NCBI RefSeq assembly: GCF_009914755.1
Contig: NC_060930.1
From: the human T2T-CHM13v2.0 reference genome, Homo sapiens
Length of the DNA: 64,000 nt
Direction: 5' to 3' (one strand)
Notes under the pieces: generated by a model
The model's input: only the letters and a program-made list of their open reading frames with translations
What the model was told of the DNA's origin: nothing
The model's database searches: none
Made by a program: the position numbers and the translations under genes
Shown: positions 17,500 to 30,676 of the stretch, one piece after another
Layout of the letters: every line of letters begins with the position of its first letter
How positions within the stretch are numbered: position 1 is the first letter of the stretch

Positions 17500-18750
17500 A
17501 CAGAGCTCATGACCTTTCTTCTTGTTTTCTCCGTCTAAGGCACACCAACCCTCTTTCTTTTTTTTTTTTTTTTTTTTTTATTATACTCTAAGTTTTAGGG
17601 TACATGTGCACATTGTGCAGGTTAGTTACATATGTATACATGTGCCATGCTGGTGCGCTGCACCCACTAATGTGTCATCTAGCATTAGGTATATCTCCCA
17701 ATGCTATCCCTCCCCCCTCCCCCGACCCCACCACAGTCCCCAGAGTGTGATATTCCCCTTCCTGTGTCCATGTGATCTCATTGTTCAATTCCCACCTATG
17801 AGTGAGAATATGCGGTGTTTGGTTTTTTGTTCTTGCGATAGTTTACTGAGAATGATGGTTTCCAATTTCATCCATGTCCCTACAAAGGATATGAACTCAT
17901 CATTTTTTATGGCTGCATAGTATTCCATGGTGTATATGTGCCACATTTTCTTAATCCAGTCTATCATTGTTGGACATTTGGGTTGGTTCCAAGTCTTTGC
18001 TATTGTGAATAGTGCCGCAATAAACATACGTGTGCATGTGTCTTTAGAGCAGCATGATTTATACTCATTTGGGTATATACCCAGTAATGGGATGGCTGGG
18101 TCAAATGGTATTTCTAGTTCTAGATCCCTGAGGAATCGCCACACTGACTTCCACAATGGTTGAACTAGTTTACAGTCCCACCAACAGTGTAAAAGTGTTC
18201 CTATTTCTCCGCATCCTCTCCAGCACCTGTTGTTTCCTGACTTTTTAATGATTGCCATTCTAACTGGTGTGAGATGATATCTCATAGTGGTTTTGATTTG
18301 CATTTCTCTGATGGCCAGTGATGATGAGCATTTCTTCATGTGTTTTTTGGCTGCATAAATGTCTTCTTTTGAGAAGTGTCATACTGTTGTCTCTGCACAG
18401 AACTCTGCTGTCTCTTAACCTAGCCAATTCCTTCTCACCTTTTTAGTTCCAACTTTCTTGTTTCTTCCAACTACTCACAGTACAAAGGTAACCCCATTAT
18501 GTGCTCTCATATAATTATAAACTTCTCTTCATTACCTCTTATTATAAATGTAATTATCTAATTATGTAACCATTTGTTTAATCTATCTCCACACTGAAAG
18601 CTATATGCTATGTGAGAGTGAGCAGGGGTCATACCTGCTTCACTATCCCCCGCCCTTTTTCTCATCATTCACAAAAGCAGATCACAGGATTTTGAACATA
18701 TAATGAACATATAAAGAAATTAAGAAATATTAATTAAATAAATGAATTAA
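17500..18750 (+). mobile_element. L2 3' fragment interrupted by L1Hs
   Basis: cacaccaaccctctttc // atactgttgtctctgc..., ending taagaaatattaattaaataaatgaat. Confidence 0.55.
17558..18380 (-). mobile_element. L1Hs, Ta-1 subset, 5'-truncated (823 bp)
   Basis: Element sense: gatgacACAttagtggg (ACA at 17671-17673), aacttaGagtataa (17588) and cccaaaTgaGtataaa (18067, 18064); pure T22 tail. Confidence 0.95.
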
Positions 18751-18889
18751 GGAAAGAATAAAACAAAGAGATTATTTGTTACCTTGGTACAGCTATGTTT
18801 AGTTTTCACTGTTACTGCTGTCATTTTGAGATGGAGGGGACTTGAGAGTATTTTAGACCTTCTATATTATGTTCAGCGAGAGGTCTTTC

Positions 18890-21170
18890 AATCTTTCATC
18901 TCCATATGTGATCACTCTCAAGTTTCACTATTAGTCCTAAAATAAAACACATTCAAACTTTAACCCATCTTCTCCCTAAAAAACTTACATTATACATTTA
19001 AATTTCTTTCAATAGCACCACCATACTACCATATCTTAACACTTAAAATAATAAAATAAAACTAAAATCCAGATTTTTATTTTTTAATTATAATACCATC
19101 TCCAGGTAATACATAAGCACTGTTTATCTATACTTTATAAGACCTTTCAAATCTATCTCAACCTTCTATTACCCAAATTACGCCTCTGATTTCAGTCCAT
19201 GGCACTGCATGTTCAAAATTATTTTAGTAGTATAATTTCTTGTTTTATTTTTCTTCCATTCCTTCAATGTATTTCTTATGACTTTGCCAGATTAATCTTT
19301 CTGCAATAGTATTTTTTAACCATTATTAAATTTCTTCCTTTATGGGCTCTTTCACATTAATCCCACTGATGTCCAAATATCAGTTGATAGCAAACCCAGA
19401 AACTTTGTCTTAGCCCCATGTAATATTTTATCTCTCTCTTATCTCTATCTCTACCTCTACCTCTGTCTCTGTCTCTCTATCTCTATCTCTCTCAGCTAGT
19501 GATCTTATTTTGTGTGCTATTGAGGGATTAAAACCCACTCAAAGTATATCCCTAATCTCATTAATAGCAAACATAAAAAGCTATCATAATTTTCATCTTT
19601 CATCCCTTTCTTAGATTGAAGATGAGTCCTCTTTTTAAGAGCTAAACCCCCTCCATTTTTGCTCTGGATCTCATTTTTTTCTGTCTTTTCAGGAACTATT
19701 TCCCTTCTATTATTATTTTCATTCTACATTATTAGGTTCTCCTTCTCTACTAAGTTGTTTGCATTAATGTAAGACTGTACTCTTTTCCCTTTATTCTTAA
19801 AAAAATTACATAAAAATATCCCAGCTACCACCCACTTACTTTCTAGCTAAACCTCAAAAGACCCATCTGTCTTACGCACACTTTCTCTTCTTCCTCCTCT
19901 ATATTTTACTCTTAAATCTACTGCCATCTGGCACTGCCCCTACTTCACAAAGGCTTATGTAAAGTTTATGTTGCTTATCTCAAAGAACCTCTACATTACC
20001 ATAGGAAAATGGACGTTTTTCTAATACTACTACACTTGTCTGCCATATTCATCACAGTTGATTACCTCTTCCTACTTGAAACATTTATCTTTATCAGCTG
20101 TTGTAACAGCACCCGCTCATGATTTTTTTTCTACCTCACTGTCACCTTTTTTCATGTTTTTTCATTGACTCCTTCTCTACACAACCACTAAATGATGCTT
20201 TCAATTAGAACTAGATCCTATGTCTCTTCTCTTTTTCTCCTCATGCTGTCCCATGCCTTTATCTCCAACTTGTTAGTGAATTCTAATGTCGTTGATTCAG
20301 CCTTGTCTTCTGAAGTTCTAGCTAAGAAGTATATTCCACCACTCTACTTGCCATCTCTATTTGCTTACTGCTTAGGGAATCTCAGGCTTAACATGACCAA
20401 AATCAAATTCCTAAATTCCTCACAAATATCCCCCCCATTCTTCACCATAAAAACAAATTGCATAATTACCCAATCTATTCAAGCCATAATCTTGGAGATG
20501 TCTCTTTTTCTCCCAAAACATAAAATCTAATATATTAGAATTTCTTGCTGAGTCTACATCAAAAACATGTCTCCATGTATTCGCATTGCTCCATCTTCAT
20601 AGCCTCCACCTTGGTCGAAGTTATTATCATCTCTTCTTAATTGTAGTAAATATTTCTTAATTGGTTCCTCTACTTTCCTTCTTCTTATACCCAATGCATT
20701 ATCCCCTTGGCAATCAGCAAAATATGTATGTCTTCTTGCAAGGCTCATACCTAAAACAAAAACTGTAATGTCTTACCTTAGCATTTAGAATAAAATACCC
20801 ATCCTTTATTATGACATCACACATGCTTTTCCCAGTCCCACATGATATTCCAGTTAACACCTGGAATAACTAATAGATTTATTTCACAGTGAGATCTTGC
20901 CACTCTCCCTTTCATTCACTAACCTCCAACCTCATTTACCTTCTGTTCATTTCTCAAGAATACTAATTAGCTCTTCATCTTACATTTTTGAGAGTTTTCT
21001 CTCCCTGAAATATTCCCATTCTTTGGTCTTCTAAAACTTGTATCTTCTAAAACACTATTAATCACTATTTGAAATCAACCTCATTTATCTATTTGTCAAT
21101 CATTCTTATATTTCTTCCCATTAAATTTGTATTCCATGAAGGCAGGATAAACGTTGAACTGATTGATATA
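18890..21170 (+). mobile_element. L2 fragments
   Basis: ttttgctctggatctcat, acagttgattacctcttcctacttgaaac, ctcaggcttaacatgaccaaaatcaaattcct, ttccatgaaggcagga. Confidence 0.7.
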
Positions 21171-21177
21171 TAGTATC

Positions 21178-23586
21178 TGATATGGTTTGGCTGTGTCCCC
21201 ACCCAAATCTCATCTTGAATTGTAACTTCCACAATTCCCATGTGTTATGGGAGGAACCTGGTGGGAGGTAATTGAGTTATGGGGGTGGGTCTTTCCCATG
21301 CTGTTCCCATGGTAGTGAATATGTCTCATGAGATCTGATAGTTTTAAAAAAGGGAATTTTCCTGCACAAGCTCTCTCTTTTTGCCTGCTGCCATCCATGT
21401 AAGATGTGACTTGCTCCTCCTTGCCTTCTACCATGACTGTGAGGCCTCCCCAACCATGTGTAACTGTAAGTTCATTAAACCCTTTTCCTTCATAAATTAT
21501 CCAGTATCAATGTGTCTTTATTAACAGCATGAAAACAGACTAATACAGTAAATTAGTATCAGGAGTGGGGTGCTACTGAAAAGACACACAAAAATGTGGA
21601 ACTGACTTTGGAACTGGGTAACAGGCAGAGGTTGGAACAGTTTGGAGGGCTCAGAAGAAGACAGACAAATGTGGGAAAAGATACTCAAAAAATGTGGAAG
21701 CGACTTTAGAACGGGGTAACAGGCAGAGGTTGGAACAGTTTGGCAGGCCCAGAAGAAGACAGACAAATGTGGGAAAGTTTGGAACTTCCTACAGACTTGT
21801 TGAATGGCTTTGACAAAAATGCTGATAGTGATATGAACAATAAGGTCCAGTCTGAGGTGGTCTCAGATGGAGATGAGGAACTTGTTAACTGGAGTAAAGT
21901 GACTCTTGTTATGTTTTAGCAAAGAGACTGATGGCATTTTGGCCCTTTCCTAGAAATTTTTGGAACTTTGAACTTGAGAGAGATGAGTTACAGTATCTGG
22001 CTGAAGAAATTTCTAAACAGCAAAGTATTCAAGAGGTGACTTGTGTTCTGTTAAAGGCATTCAGTTTTATAAGGAAAGAAGAGAATAGAAGTTCAGAAAA
22101 TGTGCAGCCTGACAATGCGATAGAAAAGAAAATCCCATTTTCTGAGGAGAAATTCAAGCTGGCTGCAGAAATTTGCATAAGTAACAAAGAGCCGAATATT
22201 AATCTCCAGGACAACAGGGAAAATGTCTCCAGGACATGTCAGAGGTCTTCACAGCAGGCCTTCCCAACACAGACCTGAAGGCCTAGGAGGAAAAAGTGGT
22301 TTCATGGGGTGGGCTCAGGGTCCCTGTGCTGTGTGCAGCCTAGAGACTTGGTGCCCTGAATCCAAACTGCTACAGCCATGGCTGAAAGGGGCCAATGTAG
22401 AGCTCAGGTCATGGCTTCAGAGGGTGCCAGCCCCAAGACTTGGCAACTTCCATGTGGTGTTGAGCCTGCAAGTACACAGAAGTCAAGAATTGGAGTTGGG
22501 GAACCTCTGTTTAGGTTTCAAAAAATGTATGGAAATGCCTGGATGTCCAGGCAGAAGTTTGCTGCAAGGGTGGGGCCCTCATGGAGAACCTCTGCTTGGG
22601 CAGTGTAAAAGGGAAATGTGAGGCCGGAGCACCCACACAGAGTCCCTACTGGGGCACCACTTAGTGGAGCCATGAGAAGAGGGCCTCCATCCTTCAGACC
22701 CCAGAATGGTAGATCCACTGACACCTTGCACTGTGCACTTGGAAAAGCTGCAGATACTCAACACCAGCCCATGAAAGCAGCTGGGAGGGAAGCCGTACCC
22801 TGCAGAGTCACAGCAGTGGAACTGCCCAAGACCATGGGAAACCACCTCTTGCATCAGCATGACCTAGATGTGAGACATGGAGCCAAAGGAGATCACTTTG
22901 GAGCTTTAAGATTTGACTGCCCCACTGGATTTTGAACTTGCATGGGACCTGTAGTCCCTTTGTTTTGGCCAATTTCTCCCATTTGGAATGGCTGTATTTA
23001 CCTAATGCCTATACCCCCATTGTATCTAGGAAGTAACTAACTTGCTTTTGATTTTACAGGCTCATTGACGGAAGAGACTTGCCTTGCTCAGATGAGATGT
23101 TGGACTGTGGACTTTTGAGTTAATGCTGAAATGAGTTAAGAGTTTGAGGGACTGTTGGGAAGGCATGATTGGTTTTGAAATGTGAGGACATGAGATTTGG
23201 GAGAGGCCAGGGGTGGAATGATATGGTTTGGTTGTGTCTCCACCCAAATTTCATCTTAAATTGTAACTCCCACAATTCCCACATGTCATAGGAGGAACCT
23301 AGTGGGAGGTGACTGAATCATGAGGGCAGGTCTTTTCTTTGCTGTCCTCATGGCAGTGAATAAGTTTCATGAGATCTGATGATTTTATAAACTAGTTTCC
23401 CTGCACAAGCTCTCATTATTTGCCTGCTGCCATCATGTAAAATGTGACTTGCTCTTCCTTGCCTTCTGCCATACTTGTGTGGCCTCCCCAGCTATGTGGA
23501 ACTGTAAGTCAATTAAACCTTTTTCCTGTATAAATTACCCAGTCTCGGGTATGTCTTTATTAGCAGCATGAAAACAAACTAATACA
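21178..23586 (+). mobile_element. Full-length THE1 (MaLR) element: LTR 21178-21547, internal 21548-23218, LTR 23219-23586
   Basis: Two tgatatggtttgg...ctaataca LTRs, 5 bp TSD gtatc (21173-21177 and 23587-23591), decayed internal ORF (ELQYLAEEISKQQSIQEV). Confidence 0.97.
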
Positions 23587-26257
23587 GTATCCATCAACCA
23601 AATGTTTTTCAACTGTCAATTAGTGATACTAAATTAAAGCATAAATCACTAAATACTTCCATCCAAAGTCATTTGAACAAAAAAACTAGGATAATACATA
23701 AACTTTCATGTTTTATAGTAAAACAAATTAGTTAGTATTTTCTATAGTGAAATGTTGCCCAAAAACTCTATAGACACTATGATATTAAAATTTTTTTATT
23801 TTGAGGAAAGGAAGAAACATAATGGTAGACAGAAAAAAAATCTTCCAAGTTTTATGCCATTCACATTGAAAGAGGTGTTTTTATGAGCAAATGTTACAAA
23901 AAATAATGTAGTTCTTATCACTGTTTAATCCAAATATTAACACCTAGAATAACTGATGAATGTATTTAAAGAATAAGATGTGGTGACATTTTTATGATTC
24001 AGCAGGATATTACAGTTCAGCTAGAATAGAGCACAGTCATTGTGTTCATCTCTTTTTTGCTGATTTTTATGCAGTTTTTATACTAGTGAATACAATGAAA
24101 ATAAAATAATTTCAAAACACTTGACACATATATAAAAAAGGTGCCCTAAAGTATTTCCATCAGTTTTTAGCATCTCATCATATTAATTTATAGCAGAACA
24201 GTGGCTTCTAAGTTTATTAGGCAAAATAAATTTTAATAATTGCTCCAGGAACAGATTCTTTTATAAAATGAAGATTTATTGTGTTAAATCTGTCATTCCA
24301 AGTTGCCCAGGAAAGCACAAGTCACCAATGAAGATGCCAAGATCTTTCAAACAGTATTGGCAAATGAAGTGCATTAGACAATTTTATTTAAATAATTAGT
24401 GTTGGATTGAAGATGTTTCAGAGTTATTTTTCTTTTTGTAAAAAAAAGAAAAACTTTTTCTTGAAATAATTTAAATTTAATGAAAAGTTATAAGGATAAA
24501 ACAGATAACTATATATTTTACACAGATTCATGAATTATTAACTTCTTGCTACATTTTAACATTCTCTCTATATCTATATCTATATTTAGATCTATCTATC
24601 TATATACATATAATTACTCTTTATGGACTATTTCAGTATAACCTGCATACAATATGTTGCTTTACCATTTGATACTTAAGGAATTTTTCCAAAAGTAAGA
24701 ATGGGAATTTTCAGTACCATTCAAAATGGAATAAGATAGCAAGGGCCTGGTCACAAGTGTAAATTCTGAAATGAATAAACTCATCAACTACCCGAGGACT
24801 CTGAAAAGGTAAAGAAGAACAGAAAGATAAAGGGGCAATTTAAAACTTGAAGAAGGACCAGCAACAGCACATTTCATAAGTTGTTTGTTTTGTTTTGTTT
24901 TCTCTATTTATTTCTAAGCCTGCACCCAAGAAAGATCTAGTAGCTCAGGTTATGAAACTGTGCAGTGAACACTGGAAGGAAAACATTTTCTACCCTGAGG
25001 CCAGGAAAAGTGGGGAGTACTGGGTGAATTTTTTTTTTTTTTTTTTTTTTTTTTGCAGCCCTGCTGCAAAGCAAACCCTATTGCAGAGATGAATCAGTCT
25101 TGCAGTAGCAGAGGTGGAGCCATAGGTATATAAAATTTCAATGTGAAACCTGTGTCTATGGCTAGATGAGCCAAGAAAAGGAGTGAATGCTGTCTAAAAA
25201 GTGCATGGCATGAATTTTCTAATTTTTTTTCTCTCCTTTCTCTCACAACTTCGCCGTGTGGGTAATAATCCCCAGTCAGTGAGATTTGCCAACTCGGCCA
25301 GATAAAACTATGAAAGAAGCTAATTTTTCTGGCCAAAGAAACTGGGAAAGAGGATCCTTGGTAGCCAGAGGTTAGAGGTAAATTCAGAGAGGATAGAACT
25401 TGAGAAGGAATTCGATAATTATGTATATAAACCAAGACAACTACTGGACTTACCCACAACCTGGGTATGTGTGAAAAAGGCCCCCAACAGCATAGTGAAG
25501 GTTTTGAGAACCACTACCAACTCCTGGAAATCAAAGAGTGGCATGGTAACATTCAAACACTATAACAGAGGCTTCAAAAACTTAATTGATAATGGAATCA
25601 TTGCTGGCAGAAGGCAAGAAAGAACTTGCGGTTAGGCCTAACCAGGTTGATTACCAAGAAAAACAACATCAGCAATAGCAGCAACAAATCAATATTATCT
25701 GGAGGATTTAAATAGGATCCAAATTTTCATAACAAAATGATCTATACATTGAGGATACAATCTAAAATTACATGGCATAAATACATCATAGAGAATATGA
25801 TCTATGAGTATACCTAATTCTCAAGGAAAAAGACAACCAACTGATGATAAACCTGATTTGACTCACATGTAGGAATTATCGCACAAAGACTTTGAAGAAG
25901 CTATGATAACCATGAGGCAAGGTAGACATTAAGCTTGCTTAAAATGAATGGAGAGAGAGTTCTGAGCAGACAAATAGAAACTTTAAAACAACTAACTGGA
26001 AATTTCAGAAATAAAAATATATTATCTAAAGTAGAAAATTCACTAAATAGGCTCAGTAGCAGAATGGCAACAACAGAGAAAAAAAGTTAGTGACCTTGAA
26101 TATAGAACAAAAGAAATTATCTAATTCGTGGAATCAACAGATACAATACTTTTTAAAAAATATCAAAGCCTCCAGAGCTTATGATACAATAACAAAAGGT
26201 TAACGATTTATGTATTTGAAGTTTCAGAAGCAGAGGAGAAAGACAATGCAGAAAAAA

Positions 26258-29200
26258 TACCAACTTTTATTTTAAGTTCAGGGGTACATGTGCCGGTTTG
26301 TTACACAGATAAACCTGTGTGGTGGAAGACTGTTGTACAGATTATTTTATCACCCAGGTATTAAGCCTAGTAACCATTAGTTGTTTATCCTGATCTTCTC
26401 CCTCTTAACACCTTCCATATATATGCACCAACACAGATGAACCAAGATTTACAAAGCAAGTTTTTAGAAACCTTCAAAGAGACTTAGAATCCCACACAAT
26501 AACAGTGGGAGTCTTTAACACCCCACTGAAAATATTAGATAGATCACTGAGACAGAAAATTAACAAAGATATTCAGGACCTGAACTCAGCACTGGATCAA
26601 ATGGACCTGAAGGAAATCTACAGAATTCTTCATCCCAAAACAATAGAACATACATTCTTCTCATTGACACATGGCACTTACTTTAAAATTGATCATATAA
26701 TTGAAAGTAAGACACTCCTCACCAAATGCAAAAAACTAAAATCATAACAAACTGTTAGAACAAAGTGCAATTAAATTAGACCTCAAGACTAACAAATTCA
26801 GACAAAACCAACAATTACATGGAAATTGAATAAGCTGTTCCCAAATGACTTTTGGGTAAATAATGAAATTAAGGCAGAAATCAAAAACTTCTTTAAAACT
26901 AATGAGAACAAAAATACAAAGTACCAGAATTTGAGACACAGCTAAGGCAATGTTAAGAGGGAAATGCATAGCACTAAATGCCTATATTAAAAATTTAGAA
27001 AGATTTCAAGGTAACAACCTAACATCACAACTAAAAAAACTAGAGAACCAAGAGCAAAGAAATACCAAAGCACACAGAAGACAAGAAATAACCAAAATCA
27101 GAGATAAACTGAAGGAACTAGAGACATGAAAAACTATTCAACTGATCAACAAATCAAGCAGCTGTTTTTTTGAAAAAATAAAATAGATTACTAGCTAGAT
27201 TAATAATGAAGAAAAGAGAGAAGATTCAAATAAACACAATCAGAAACAATAAAGGGGATATTACAACTGGCCCCACAGAAATACAAACAACCATTAGAGA
27301 ATATTATAAACATCTCTGTGCCCACAAACTAGAAAATCTAGAAGAAATGGATAAAATCCTTGACACAGACACCATGCCAAGACTGAACCAGGAAGAGATT
27401 AAATCCCTGAACAGACCAATAATGTGTTCTGAAATTGAGGCAATAATAGCCTACCAACAAAAAGAAGCCCAGAACCAAACAGATTCACAGCTGAATTCTA
27501 CCAGATGTACAAAGAAGAGCTGGTACCATTCTTACTGAAACTATGTCAAAAAACTGAGGAAGAAAAACTCCTCGCTAATGCATTCTGAGGCCAGCATCAT
27601 CCTAATACCAAAACCTGGAAGAGATACAAAAAAACAAAAACCTTCAGGCCAGTATCCTTCATGTACATTGATGTAAAAATCCTCGACTAGATACTGGCAA
27701 ATTGAATCTAGGAGCACATTTTATCCCCCACGATAAAACAGTTTATCCCCCACGATCAAGTAGGCTTCATCCCAAGAATGCAAGGTTGGTTCAACACATG
27801 CAAATCAATAAATGTGATTCATCACATAAACAAAGCTAAAGACCAAAACAACATGATAATCTCAAAAGATGTAGAAAGGGATTTCAATAAAATTCAACAT
27901 CCCATGTTAAAAACTCTCAATAAACTAGGTGTTAAAGAAACATACCTCAAAATAATAAAAGCCAAATGCACAGCCAACATTATACTGAAGGGGCAAAAGC
28001 TGGAAGCATTCCCCTTGAAAACTGGCACAAGACAAGGATGCCTTCTCTCACCATGTCTATTCAACATAGTATTGGAAGTTCTGGCCAGGGCAATCAGGTA
28101 AGAGAATGAAATAAAACGTATTTAAATAGAAAGAGAGACAGTCAAAGTATCTTTGTTTGCAGATGACATGATTTTATATCTAGAAAACCCCATCATCTCA
28201 GCCCAAAAGCTTATTAAAGCTGATAAGCAACTTCAGCAAAGTCTCAGGATATAAAATAAATGTGCAAAAATGGCTAGCATTCCTATACACCAACAACAGG
28301 CAAGCCAAGGACCAAAGAATAAAATACCTAGAAACATAGCTAACTAGGAAGGCAAAAGATCTCCACAAGGAGAACTACAAACCATTGCTCAAAGAAAGCA
28401 GTGATGCACACACAAATAAAAAAACATTCCATGCTATGGATAGGAAGAATCAATATCATTAAAATGGCCATACTGCCCAAAGTAATTTATAGATTCAATG
28501 GTATTCTCATTAAACTACCACTGACATTCTTCAGAGAACTAGGAAAAGAAAACTATTTTACAACTTAGATGGAACCAAAAAAAGACTAAATAGCCAAGGC
28601 ACTGCAATCCTAAGCAAAAGGAACATAGCTGGAGGCATCATGCTATCCAACTTCAAACTATACTACAGGGCTGTAGTAACCAAAACAGCATGATACTGGT
28701 ACAATAACAGACACCTAGACCAATGGAACAGAATAGAGAACCCAGAAATTAGACCACACACCTACAACTATCTGATCTACAACAAACCTGACAAAACAAG
28801 CAATGGGGAAAGGATACCCTCTTCAATAAATGGTGCTGGGACAATTTGCTCACCACATGTAGAAGATTGAAACTAGATCCCTTCCTCATACCATATACAA
28901 AAAAAACTCAAGATGGATTAAAGACTTAAATGTAAAAGCCCCACACTCTAAATGATGCAGGATTTTCCTCAGCCTCTTCATCAGACTTGCAACAGTGGTG
29001 CCCTGTTTACTTGGCACACCACACTCAATCCCTTGCAGGAGGGAGCATGTGAGCAAGTTAGTGAGGGATCCATCTTGCTGCCAACAGAAACAAGCTCCAT
29101 GCAGGGCCAGTGGCAGTGCCCCAGTAGGGGTGCCTGTGACCCTGAAGCCCCAGAGAACATGTTACAATGCTCCTTTAGCTCCACTGTGTGTATCAGTTCA

Positions 29201-29981
29201 CTTGGCTCCTTGCCTTATTGTGTGGGGGTGGCTGTTTTTCACCAGCAATGGCAAAGGGCCAGCGTGACATCATTTTTTGGGTATCCACAGCGGTGGATCC
29301 CAGGCTCTTGTCCGGCATCCAAGAAGAATAAGGTCATGTGGACACTTGAAGGATGATGAAGGCAGAGAATTTTATTTAGCAACAGAAATGGCTCTCAGTG
29401 GAGAGGGGAGCTGGAGAGGGGACAAGATGGGCAGGTATTCTTCCCCTGAAGTCCTGTCAGCTCTTCCCTGAAGTCAAGACATCTCTCCAAAGTCAAGTCA
29501 CCTTTTTCATCTGAAGTACAGCCATCTCTCTAAAGTCAAGTTGCCTCTCTCCAGTCAAGCTGCCTCTCTCTCCCCTACCAACTGAGCCTGGGGTCTTTAC
29601 AGGCACAGGATGGGGGAGCAGGGCTGGCCATAGTAGTTTTGGAAAAGGCAACATTAGACTGGCAAAAAGGCATTATTCAAAAAGAACCAATCAGGAGAGA
29701 GTGGGCAAACAAAATAGAAGTTCTCATTTTGGGCTGTGGGTTTCAGGCTTTTTGGCTTGAAGGTGGGGTTTCACCAAGGACTTGTCCCTGTCAGCCTCCT
29801 GCCTCTATCATAAAAACTCTAGAAATCAACCTGGGCGATGCCATTCAGAACATAGGAATGGGAAAAGATTTCATGACAAAGACACCAAAAGCAACTGAAA
29901 CAACAGCAAAAATTGACAAATAAGATCTAATTAAACTAAAGAACTTCTGCACAGCAAAAGAAACTATCAACAGAGTAAACA
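26258..29981 (-). mobile_element. L1PA15/16-like element with 5' inversion (3' end on minus at 26258-26417; ORF2 on plus at 26418-29981)
   Basis: caacttttattttaagttcaggggtacatgtg 3' end abuts plus-strand ORF2 fragments; candidate TSD cagaaaaaa. Confidence 0.75.
28953..29810 (-). mobile_element. ERV1 solo LTR, MER52/LTR27-like
   Basis: tgatgcagg...cctctatca termini, 4 bp TSD taaa, GC-rich, splits contiguous L1 ORF2 sequence. Confidence 0.8.
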
Positions 29982-30387
29982 GAAAAAAACATTTTTTGAG
30001 AAAACAGAAATCTTTCCAAGTTTGGTGAAAGATATAAATAAGTGATTGGAAAAACTCATCAAATCAAAATAAAATAAAGTCAAAGAAAACTATGTCCAGG
30101 TAATTCATAAATTAAACTACTGAAAATATAAGCTAAAGAAAAAAACTTAATTCAATATATATAAAAGAAAATGGGATATTAATGGGACAGCTGTGGAGGC
30201 TAGTAGACCATGTGTGAAACATCTTTAAAACAACCCAGTATTCTTCATCCAACAAAACATTTTGCAGTAATGAAGTGAACTATGTATAACTTTAGACGAA
30301 GGAAAACCAAGAGAACTTGTTGCCAGCAGTCCTGCTCTAAAACAATGCTAAAGAAAGTTGTTCAGGCTGAAGGATAATGAAACTTGA

Positions 30388-30676
30388 GGCCAGCCACGGT
30401 GGCTCACACCTGAAATCCCAGCACTTTGGGCCAAGGCGGGCAGATCACCTGAGGTTGGGAGTTTGAGATCAGGCTGGCCAACGTGGTGAAACCCTGTCTC
30501 TACTAAAAATACAAAAATTAGCCAGGTGTGGTGGCACTCGTCTGTAATCCCAGCTACTTGGGAGGCTGAGGCACGAGAATTTCTTGAACCTGGGAGGCAG
30601 AGGTTGCAGTTAACTACACCACTGCACTCCAGCCTGGGCACAGAGTGACACTCCGTCAAAAAAAAAAAAAAAAAAG
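30388..30676 (+). mobile_element. AluS
   Basis: Dimeric Alu with gatcacctgaggt and a poly(A) tail. Confidence 0.95.

Noticed and set aside
21931-22935. Overlapping 76-132 aa ORFs
   Set aside because: Frameshifted remnants of the THE1 internal ORF
29445-29570. Short repeated gaagtc/aagtca...tctctc units resembling a CRISPR-like array
   Set aside because: Irregular, degenerate internal repeats of an ERV1 LTR in a eukaryotic genome; no constant repeat-spacer period
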